The notes under the pieces are model-generated. The model did not search any database. It was not told where the DNA came from and saw only the letters and a list, made by a program, of their open reading frames with translations. DNA of 63,014 nucleotides, counting the filler, from Pelomyxa schiedti (Eukaryota; Protista; Evosea), in the NCBI GenBank assembly GCA_020536535.1. It is 10 parts of 10 records of this genome, joined end to end, with 100 filler letters (N's around TTAATTAATTAA, not from the genome) between each part and the next. Parts side by side here need not be neighbours in the genome. Positions count along the whole stretch, not along the records: positions 31,778 to 54,543 come from JAHLWZ010000354.1; 9 more parts are not named here. The stretch is one strand, 5' to 3'. The position numbers and the translations under genes are program-made. This document shows, one piece after another, positions 34,090-44,851 of this stretch; positions within the stretch are counted from its first letter, which is position 1; each line of letters starts with the position of its first letter.

Positions 34090-37000
34090 TTACATCACGC
34101 TGCACTTAGATGAAGGTGGAGGTGGTGCGTTGGCTGCCTCAGCCTTCCTTATTTCTCTTACCACTTCTGGGAGTTGTAAGTGCAAAAAGGCTTGAAAAGA
34201 AGGTATTGCATACCATAGAACGATTCCTCAACATTTACACGGATTCTGGCACTGGTTTCAAAGAATGGCACCTTCCACGATGTAGCGAGTGCCTTGGCTT
34301 CGGCGGCGGTCACTTGTCTCTCGGATTCAAGGTCAACTTTGTTCCCAACAAGCACGCCTTGAAAGAAAAAATAAGTCAGTTGGGAATAGGATATGCTCCT
34401 TCACATACAGGGGAAACTGGAAACGTCTTTAGCACGCATTATCTTCTCGCGGTATGTGTCGAGACAATCAAAAGATGCCTTATAGGTGATAGAGTACACA
34501 ATGAGAAAGCCTTGAGATACGCGGAAGTATTGCTCGCGCATTGCGGAGTACTCTTCATCTCCTTGGAATAGTCAGCTGAGTGATTGTAGCGTTGAACCAA
34601 CTTACCCGCCGTATCTAACACATCAAGTATGCATGTCTTACCATCGATGGCACTCGATTTCCTCTGTAAGAAGATTAATAAAAGGAAAGTAATACATGAA
34701 CCAATAGACACACATAAGAATCCTCTATAGTTGGGTCATATTCAGTGACACTGTTGGGACAATAAGTGAAAAAGAGGTAAAGTGCTGCTTTACATACAAT
34801 GTATTCTGAATAAATTGGATGCACAAGGCAGATTTACCAACACCCCCCTCCCCAACTATTGTGATCTTATGCTCCTCCGACTCTCCAGGTTTTGAGGCGG
34901 AACCAGAAGATGCCGCAGTTGATGAACTTGGTTTGTACGAGGCAGCAGTCCCAGGCACATATGATGAGGAGGTGCTTGATGATGAGGAAGAAGATGATGA
35001 AGAGGAAGATGGGGGTGTGTAGGCAATTGTGGGTTTTGAAGGGACAGAAGTCGCACTGATGCCCACCCAATGACCATCAAGAAGTTTGTATTGCGGCGAC
35101 CCGCGGTCATTTCTGCGGTCCCACCAATCATATGGATATGTTGGTTTCTCTTCCACTTTCTCCTCTTCTTTCCTGTGGACGTTTGAATGAAGGAATGAAC
35201 AAAACATAAAAAAAAAAAAAATTCGTGACAACATACACTTTCTCCATGTTTGGGGCAGCCAAGGAATCCATCATTTGAGTCATTGCTTCAGTCATCCTCC
35301 CGTCTTGTTTGATCTCATTCGCAAATTCCTGCAGCTTTTCTTTGTTCGCCTCGCGATAGCACACTGTTGTGTTGATGTGATCAGAAGGGACGAGATGGAA
35401 TTTGGGTATAAATATAAATATAAATGAAAAAGAAGAAGAAGAAATCGGAGGAAGAGAAGAGAAGAGAATGGGGAATGGGTAATGGAGAAGAATATAGAGA
35501 ATGCAGACCCGCAAGAAACATGTCAGTGATCAACGAAAAGTTGCTGAACTTGATGTAAAGCCCTCCTGTCCGTTTCGCCATCTCCTCGTAAAAGGGTCTG
35601 TACTCGTTGTTCGCCTGTGCGTGCACTCCGTATATCTTCACGCCAATGGATGCCAGTTTGTCGACCTCGTCCTTCCACCAGATGGCCTCCTTCGTGTATG
35701 ACGGCGGGTGCGGAGGGCTGTCTCCGATCATGACCAGTGCTTTAGATGAGTTCTCCCTCCATGTCAATGACTGTGCCATCCTGAGACCCCTGTGTTGTTG
35801 TTGTTGTTGTTGTTGTTGTTTTTGTCAGTCACTCACTCACTCACTCACTCACTCACTTGGGCATCAATTTAAAATTGAGCACACACACAAACACAGTGAC
35901 ACAGTGACGCACCATTCATACGCCTCGGGTGTGTCACCACCACCAGTTGCTCTGACCGACCGAGCGAAATTGGAGAGTTTATCGACATCGTTGGTCAGGT
36001 CGATGTGTTCTGTGACATAAGTCGAACCGGCGTCGCAAAAGTCACCAATTCCCATGATGGCGATTTGGATGTCTGGAATCTCTTTCACGAGGCGAGCACA
36101 CGATTCCTGCACTTTGTCTCTCACTTGTTGGAGAACACTGTACATGCTTCCTGTTGTCACGCAGAAACATAAATGAAAATGAAAATGAAAATGAAAAATG
36201 AAAATGAAAAATGAAAATGAAAAATGAAAATGAAAAATGAAAATGAAAAATGAAAATGAAAATGAAAAGTGTGTGTGTCAAAAGGAGGGGAAAGCGGGTG
36301 GGTGGGGCGGCGTGGGGGGGTGGGAGGCCAAATGGGAAGGCGCACGCACCAGTCGTGTCAAAGCAAAACAGAATGTCGATCAGATTGGATGTTGCTCCAT
36401 CCGCGAAACTCTTCAACAGATTCTGTTTCTCCGCTTCCGACATCACCTCAGATGCTGGGACTGGTGTCGCAGGAGTTGTTGGCGTCGGCGGCGGTGGGGC
36501 CTCTGTCACCGTTGCTTTGATGCTGCATTCCCGTGTCAGTCCCGCATCCCCGCACGCCGTCCCGTTCAAAAGTTCCCTCGATCCGAGTGTCAACTTGATC
36601 CTCTCCACGCCAACGCTTGCTTGTGTGGCCACCCTCCGGCGAAGTTCGCCAACGTCGTCCATCCCGTTGATGCTTTGTGAGAAACACTTCCCGGTTGTCA
36701 GTTTCACCATCACTTCGATGTCTGGAACCTGGTGGTGTCATGGAGTTATTTAATGAATGAATGAATTGCCGGCGGGGAAAAAAGGAAATGTGAGAGGGAG
36801 GGAGGGAGGGAGAGAGAGGGAGAGGCACACCTTGACAGGTTCACCAAGTTTCACAGTGACACTGCTTTCGTTCGAGAGGCCCGCTGCAGTGATGGGAATT
36901 GTGTTGTCCTCGAGTGGTTTGTTCCTCGCGAGCAGGATTGCCCTGTTCAAGGGAACCGATGCTGCCTCCGCAGCCCTTCTCCTCAGTCCTCCAACAGTCT

Positions 37001-37482
37001 CAGTTGATGGAACATTGATCGAAACAACTTTTCCTGTTGTTGTTGTTGTTGTTGTGAGAGTGTGCAAAACACAAATGTCAATATATAATTATCATTTAGA
37101 TAGACAGGAAAACGGTGACCAAGATCGCTACAACAAAAACAGGCCATTCATTATGTTATATTATATTCTGTTCTATTATTACATTCAAGCCACACAAACA
37201 CGAACACACACACACACCCGAGGGCGTCTTGACAATGATGCTGAGCAGGGTCCCAGATGACGCCGACGAAGTTGTCATTGTGGGAGGGGGCGGCGCAGCG
37301 GCAGCTGATGACGACGTCGTGGTTGAGGAAGATGATGACGACGATGGCTTTGTGGGAGCCGGAGCAGGAGCCTCGGTGCGGGGCTCGTCGTCGACGTCGG
37401 GCTTGGCCGACTTGGACTTGTGGTGGTGCGACGATGATGACTTCGATTTGGGGCGTTCCTCGTAGTCAATGTCGTCGGACAT
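34090..37482 (-). CDS. Ubiquitin-like x2 - vWA - Ras GTPase - CAAX fusion protein
   Basis: All junctions are in-frame GT-AG. Ubl1 IIVKTPS|[18 protein letters not shown]; Ubl2 [11 protein letters not shown]...; vWA DTT|[19 protein letters not shown]; Ras [35 protein letters not shown]; ends KCSVM*. Confidence 0.88.
36170..36268. repeat. Intronic (GAAAAT/GAAAAAT)n microsatellite
   Basis: About 15 tandem units inside the intron that splits the vWA DTT|GSM motif. Confidence 0.9.
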
Positions 37483-37634
37483 GATAGGTTGCTTGGTTCG
37501 TTGTTTGTTGCTCTTGTCGGTTGGAGGCAAAATACAAAATAGACGAAACGAAACAAAGGCAAACAAAACAAAAGAAGAAGGGTGTTTCTTTGAAGGGAAT
37601 TCCCCGATCTCCCTTCAAATGCGGAACTGTCTTT

Positions 37635-38775
37635 TTACATGAGGGAGCACTTTGGAAAGGAATTAGAGGGAGATTGACTATTCTGGTCACCTCTGTTGCA
37701 GAGTTTAACATCACATCACAAATTGTCATACAATACCAGAAAACACATCACCAACTTGGAGGCCCGTTTTTGCGCATGTCTCAAAGAACGGGAGGTTCAT
37801 GGAGGTAGCAAGTGACACGCCTTGTTCAACTGTGACTTCCCTCTCTGTTTCGAGGTCAACTTTGTTGCCAACGATCACACCTGTCAGGGTGTGGTTAGTG
37901 TTGCTAGGGTATCAAAGATTAACATAAGTTCGTCAATATTTCTGGAGAATTTCAGCACTTACAGGCAAAAGAATGGCCAGTGCCATGCTTGATATGGTGT
38001 ATCCGGTCATAGATTGAACGCACCTTGCTGAAGGAAGCACAATCCGTGATCGAGTATAAAATAATGAACCCTTCTGAAACGTGAATGTATTCATCGTTCA
38101 TTGACTCATATCCTGCAGGTACTGTCCCTGGATCGTAGATAAAAAGCTGGCATGGGATTCCATCCACAGTAATGTCTTTTCTCTGTAATGAATGTTATTC
38201 AAAATGCGGAAAGAAGTTGGAATACCCAACACTCATCCATTGTAGCATCATAGGTAGGAGCAAGGCTGGAAATTTGAAGAAAAATGTGAGCCAGGCTGGG
38301 AGCATGGGTTTTGTTTGACTCACAAGCTGTTTTGAACACATCTGATGCACAACGCTGATTTGCCAACACCAGGTTCCCCAAGTACCAGCAATCTGATGAA
38401 CGGAGTTTTACGTTTGGTTGTTTGAGAAGTGGGAGATTCAGTCACGAAGGTCCTTGGTGGCCTGTATGATACAGCCAAAGCAGGAACATATGAACAACAT
38501 TCTCCAGTTGTTGTAGTGGTCGTTACAGAGCAAAGTGATGCCGACCCACGCGCCGCTTGATCCTCAACATTTGTTGCGATGGATGCACATCCTGAGAATC
38601 ACATAAGTCAATTATGGAACCACACAAGCAAAGGCAACAAACAACCTCCACTTGCACCGTCACCACTTTTCGACGACGGCGTTTCCACGCCCGTGCATTG
38701 TTGCTCACCAACATCAACGGAGCAACACTCTCCGCTATTCGTTGTTGTGCTTTGTGGTTGCGATTTCTCACCCAT
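37635..38775 (-). pseudogene. Divergent Ras paralogue A; last-exon frameshift removes CAAX
   Basis: GEPGVGKS, YDATMDECW, DPGT, GNKVD, ETCAK; CCAAAGTGCTCCCTCATGTAA (PKCSLM*) is out of frame. Confidence 0.75.
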
Positions 38776-38828
38776 CGTGTGTGGCTCCAAGCAAATGATG
38801 GGTCAACGTTGTTTTGGTTATGAGAAAT

Positions 38829-40060
38829 TTACATCAGGTAACACTTTGAGGGAGCGGGAGCAGGAGCAGCTTGATCAGCTTGTAGATCAACGCCCAGACG
38901 GAGTTGAAGTGCATCCCTCGTCACCTCTGTTGTTCATTTGTAGAAGTTACATTCATCAACAGCACTGGAAATGATGGTGGTAGGGGTGAGGGGAAATACC
39001 AGAGAACACATCATCAACTTGGAGGCCTGTTTTTGCACATGTCTCAAAGAACGGGAGGTTCAGTGAGGTGGCGAGTGACACGCCTTGTTCAACTGTGATC
39101 TCTCTCTTTGTTTCGAGGTCAACTTTGTTGCCAACAATCACACCTGTTGTAGTGCATCCACTAGCCGTAATTTCTAAAAATATTTTAAACAGAGATACAT
39201 ACAGGCAAAAGGTTGTCGGGGACAGATGATATCTTTAAGTTCTTTTATGTGGGCATAGGTTGAACGGACCTCGTTGAAGGAACTGGTGGATGTGATCGAG
39301 TATAAAATAATGAACCCGTCAGAGAGTTGGATCTTCTGATCCAGAGAGTCTGGGTCATAGGGCTCTCCTGGATCAAATATACTCAGCCGGCATTGGATGC
39401 CGTCTATTACAAGGTATTTTATCTGGAAGGGTAATAATGTCAAGGAGTGAAAAAATACAAAAAATGACAAGTACCCAACCCTGGCCAATTCCTGAATCCC
39501 AGACAGGTGGTAAGCTTGAAGATATATTATTACGGTCAATAGGCAGAGGGTTTTGCTTTTGTAACCAACTTACCATTGTTTTCGCACAAATTGGGCGCAC
39601 AGATCCGACTTCCCAGAGCGATACAGACCCAGTGCAATCAGTGTGATCAACTTAGTTTTACAGTTGGATGAATTAGCCGTGGGAGGTGCCCTCGAAGCAA
39701 TGAATGAGCCAGTCCTGGGCGGGATGTATGACGCAGCCGACGTTGGAACATATGATGATACAGTTGTTGTTGTGTTTGACAGCTCGTGCTCATCATCATC
39801 ATCACTGGCCTCTTGTCGTGGTGGTAGCTCCCAGAGGGACTCACCAGTCTTGGTGTTGTAAAAGTAGGTGCGGTTGGTGTGGGTGTCCAGCACTGGTTGC
39901 CACGGCGGGTAGCACGCCTGGGCACCGGCGGACTGCGTCGGCACATCCCATTGTGATTTGCCGGTTACTTGGTTGTAGTAGTATGTGCGGTTGGTGTTGG
40001 GATCGACTAGCGCTGTCCAACCTGCGGGAAGTGGTGGCGGGGTGGAGGTTGCCGTTGCTT
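38829..40060 (-). CDS. WW-WW-Ras paralogue B with CAAX (start codon not found)
   Basis: LPAGWTALVDPNTNRTYYYNQVTGKSQWDVP; YPPWQPVLDTHTNRTYFYNTKTGESLWELP; GLYRSGKS; DPGE; GNKVD; ends KCYLM*. Confidence 0.75.
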
Positions 40061-40139
40061 ATGATTGCACCACGAGACAAAAAAATTCATCGCCGATGTT
40101 GATGATAACCGAATGGAATCAGAGGAACAGTGGGTTTTG

Positions 40140-41240
40140 TTACATGAGGGAACACTTTGAAGGAGCAGGAGCAAGTGGCTCAACACCCAGACCAAGTTGA
40201 AGTGCAACCCTCGTCACCTCTGCCACGTGTGTGTGTTTATTTTGGGAACAGAGCAGAGCAGGTGAGGGGTGACATACCAGAGAACACGTCGTCAACTTGG
40301 AGACCGGTTAGTGCACATGTCTCAAAGAACGGGAGGTTCAGTGAGGTGGCGAGTGACACGCCTTGTTCAATTGTGACTTCCCTCTCTGTTTCGAGGTCAA
40401 CTTTGTTACCAACGATCACACCTGTTCAGTGGTGTTGTTGCTTGTCCGCAGCCTGATTTTCCAAATATATTTAAACAGAGATACATACAGGCAAAAGGTT
40501 GTCGGGGACAGATGATATCTTTAAGTTCTTTTATGTGGGCATAGGTTGAACGGACCTCGTTGAAGGAACTGGTGGATGTGATCGAGTATAAAATAATGAA
40601 CCCGTTAGAGACTCGGATATACTGATCCAGAGAGTATGGGTCGGTGAGCTCTCCTGGATCAATGATACTCAACTGGCATTGGATGCTGTCTATGACCAGG
40701 TCTTTTATCTGGAAGGGGTAATTATTATTTCAAGGAGTGAAAATTAAAGAATAACAGGTACCCAGTTCTGGTTAGGTGCCAAGTTCCAGCCAGGTGATAA
40801 GCTTTAAGATACAGAAATGGTTCAACATACAAATGAGATGTGGGCTTTTTGTACTCACCAGCAATTTCGCGCAAATCGGGTGCACAGCTCTGACTTACCA
40901 GTGTGGGACGGAGCCAGTGGCACCAATCTTATTATACACTTTCTTTTGCAGTTGGGTGCATTCCATCCTTTCATGAATGAGCCAGTCCTGGGCGGGATGT
41001 ATGACACAGCCGATGTTGGAACATATGAATATGATACAGCTGTGGTTGTGGACGTTGACGTAAATGTCGTGTTGGCTTGTCCATCATGATGGGGTTGTGG
41101 TGGTTGCTCCCAGAGAGACTCGCCAGTCTCGGCGTTGTAATAGTGGGTGCGGTTGGTGTTGGAGTCGTCGACTCCAAGTAGCGCCGTCCAACTTGAGGGA
41201 AGTGACGGGGAGCACGCCGTGGCTGGAGGTTGATGTCAAT
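40140..41240 (-). pseudogene. WW-Ras paralogue C (frameshift before the P-loop, no start)
   Basis: Degenerate WW LPSSWTAL..NRTHYYNAETGESLWEQP; P-loop APSHTGKS out of frame; exons close to B; ends KCSLM*. Confidence 0.7.
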
Positions 41241-41650
41241 TGCGCGGTTTTGATGAACAGCCAATTTCCCGGAATCCGATTTAACACTTTTGATTGAAGA
41301 GGCAATCAGAAATTAAGGGAAGAGGAAGTTAGAGCACCGATGCTTAAAGGCCGAGCGGGAAAGGCGGACACATTGCACGATGCCCAGCGTTTCTGTGCCA
41401 CCAAAAAGGCAACAATACCCAATAATGGTACTCCAGCATTCACCCAACATAGTGGGGCCTGAGCTCCAACTGCCCCACCACTAACTTGGTGTAGGCCGTC
41501 TGTGACACAGGCAGGTTTGTGTTGCCTACAAACAAGGTTTCTGTGACTGAACATGTAAGACACTGTGTCCAAAACAGAACCGTGGGCAGGAAACCCAGAT
41601 ATGGTACCTTGTTCGACTTTTTCCCCCTCCTCGGATTAAGCATCGTTGCT

Positions 41651-42749
41651 CTACATGAGGGAACACTTTGGAAAAATGGAAGGAAGTGGTGGTGGAGATA
41701 GCAGACCCAGTTGCAGCACTACTCTTGCCACTTCTGTGTGTGTTTGCATTAGAAAAAAACGGCTTGTGTATTGTGAGTGATGGATACAGTCATACCACAA
41801 AACACATCATCAACTTGGAGGCCTGTTAGTGCACATGTCTCAAAGAAAGGGAGGTTCATTGATGTGGCGAGTGACACGCCTTGTTCAACTGTGACCTCTC
41901 TCTTTGTTTCGAGGTCAACTTTGTTGCCAACGATCACACCTGTTCAGTGTGATTGTGGCTCTATCATTGGAGAATTTCGTCACATACAAGCAAAGGTACT
42001 GTCGGTTATATCTTTGACTTTTTTGATGCAGTCATAGGTTTGACGGACCTTTCTGAAGGAAGCACTATCTGTAATTGAGTATACGATCACGAAGCCATGT
42101 GCAGCGTGGATGTATCCGTCTCGTATGCACTCAGATCCTTCGCCAAGTATGAACGACCCTGGATCTAAGATATCAACCTGGCACGGTGTACCGTCTACAG
42201 AAAGCACTTTTCTCTGATATCATAGTGTGTAAAAAAGTGAGTAAAGAACTCATGATCCTGAAAGTACCAAACACTCATCAACTTCAGGGTCAGTGGGTAT
42301 GCTAAAAAAAAATGTGTGAAAAGAGGCTGCTTGGCAAAATACAGAAGAGGGATACAGAGGCTACAACACACAAGTGGTCTCCATCCACACATCTGATGCA
42401 CAACATTGATTTTCCAACACCAGGTTCGCCAAGCGCCAGCACTTTAATGAATCCGTCTGGATTTTGATGTTGGTACGATCTATCAGTTAGAGCTTCAGGC
42501 ACTACGGTCCTGGGTGGCATGTATGACGCAGCCAAAGTCGGGACACATGAACAGCATTCCCTTGTTGTTGTTGAGGTTGTGGCATGCTCCTCAACACCGG
42601 TGACTGTTGCTGATTTAGGCATCAACACGAGCACACAAAAAACAACAACAACTGATACCAGCGTCAAAACCTCCACTGTCACTGGCACCAGAGGTTGTCG
42701 AATCACCATCAACATCTGACTGCTTGGTTGTTTGTGGCTTGTCACCCAT
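41651..42749 (-). CDS. Divergent Ras paralogue D with CAAX, apparently intact
   Basis: MGDKPQTTK...GEPGVGKS...TDPEVDECL|RKVLSVDG..DILDPGS...GNKVD...ETCAL...PKCSLM*. Confidence 0.8.
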
Positions 42750-42872
42750 TCAAACCTTTGTTCAGATGTGATGGTTTTCTGTGAACATGCCTTACGAAAG
42801 AAGGCGAAGAAAGTCCAGAATAATAGAATGTGTGGTTTAGTGGTGACGGGGTGGGTCTGGGTAGTTTCTAAA

Positions 42873-44572
42873 CTATAGCTCTACTTGGTTCTCTGCCTCC
42901 TCTATTTGCTTCCGTAGCTCCTCGTAGAATGTCCTTGGCTCAACTTCTTTGGCCTCTGGTAGTTCTGCTTCGTTCGTTAGTTGGTTGGAGAAAGAGGGCA
43001 GCCTTGTACCTTTGGGAAGATCGGAAAAAGAAGCCGACTTTGATCCCATCAGAAACCCGGAAATAAAACCTTCTACTCCTTCAATTGTAAACGGACCAAC
43101 ATAACGAGAAAACCTGGTGGGCATCAGTAATAAGGAAAAAAAGAAGAGTGGGAGCGTACACGGATTTCTTGTTGGAGATTAGAACGACAGCAGGGAAGCC
43201 GCTATGCAAGTGGAAAGTATTGATAATATCGGGCTGCTCAAGAGCTCCAAACCAGGAAAATTGCACACGGCCTTTGAACTTCTCTGAGACTTTCTGTAGG
43301 CGGTCCTCATATTCGTCTTGCTCATCCGGAAAGTTGAACGGGTCAAACACTTAGCACTTGTTAGGTTTGTCAATGAACTGTAGAATCTCAACCCGCTACG
43401 GAGCAGAGAGGCTTTGTAAGACAATGTTTAAGGTCATCGTTGCTCATCACTCGGATTACATCCCATGTATTGTCGTTTGTTTCAGCTTGAGCTTTCTCGC
43501 TTCCCTCAGAGTTGCCCTGCTGTTGCTTGTACGCAGATTCAGCATATTTAAGAATAAAGGGGTACAGTTCGGCGTGCGCAATGTTGCCTTTGAAACTATT
43601 TGGAACTTAAGAGGTCTCTATATCTAATACTATACATTTCAAGTGTCTCGTCATTCTCATTGGTGATTATAAGAGTTGGGAACTTCGTTATTTGGTATTT
43701 CTCCACTGAATTACTGGATGTTAGGAGGAACCGAACTTGAAAGACAGAACTTACCCAGCTCTTTGTTGGTGCTCTTTACGAGACCAAACTTAAGAACTCT
43801 ACCGAAGTCAACTGCCAGAGATTTATACAAATTGGCTGGCTTATCTTTTTCTGAGAAGAGAAGTACTTTCCCTACTCCTTTGTTCCTGTGTTGTGTTATA
43901 CACATGTATTAGTTTGTGAAGTACTTACTTGGCAAAGAAACCGTCCTCTGACCCTGAGGTTACAACACTGACAAAGTCAGGAATGTATGAAAGTGCGGTG
44001 TTAGCAAGCCCAGCAGCTGTGCGTGGTCCGTTGTAGTCAATGGGTTCCTGAGATATGTGAATATTCGAATTCACAACAAGTATGTTCATACTTTGTATAA
44101 GCCCTTCTCAGCTTTTTTAGGTTCATGCCCAAAAATCTTGATCGTCGGGAAGCCTGTGTAAAAAATTATCTGTAAGATTCGAAGTCTCATAAAATAGGAG
44201 GAGTACCTTGTACTTCAAAGGCCCCACAGAGCTCTTTCTGCTCATCGCAGTTAACGGCACCTACTTCGACCAAGCCGTGCAAGTTCTGAGCGGCTTTGAC
44301 GTATTCCGGTGCCAGTGCCTTGCAATGACCGCACCCTTTTCCAAGTTAAAATTTACGTAACTATCAACAACGGGTACGAAACAAAAGGGAGGATACACAC
44401 AAGGAGCATAAAACTCCACCAACCAGACATGGGGTGAACCAAACACCTTCTGGCCGAATTCGTCCTTTGTCAATGACACCACACCGCTGTTTTTGTCATA
44501 CAGTCCACTCCCAAACACGCCACCGCTCACCGCAAATACGATTACGGCAATGACGCAAGATCTAACAGACAT
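42873..44572 (-). CDS. Protein disulfide isomerase (P5/PDIA6/MPD1-like, one active thioredoxin domain)
   Basis: Signal peptide; VWLVEFYAP|WCGHC; VGAVNCDE; GFPTIKIF; ends NQVEL*. Confidence 0.9.
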
Positions 44573-44851
44573 CCCCGCCAACAACTCCCTTTACAACTTG
44601 TTTATGGTTGTACGCTTGCTTGTGCTCGTTCAGTGGCTTTTTTTAAAAAACGAGAGCCTCCGATCTGGATGCCAAAGGACACGTGTCCAAGACAAAACTC
44701 CAGGAGGATCCCAGGAGATTTCCACCACTTGGCATTTGTTCCCTGCTGCTGTGCTCCGTTTTGACACCATTCCCCTGCAACTTTCTACTGACATCGTTTC
44801 GGCAGATCTCCGAAATAAACACAGGTGTTGTGTTAGGGGTGTGAGTGTTAG

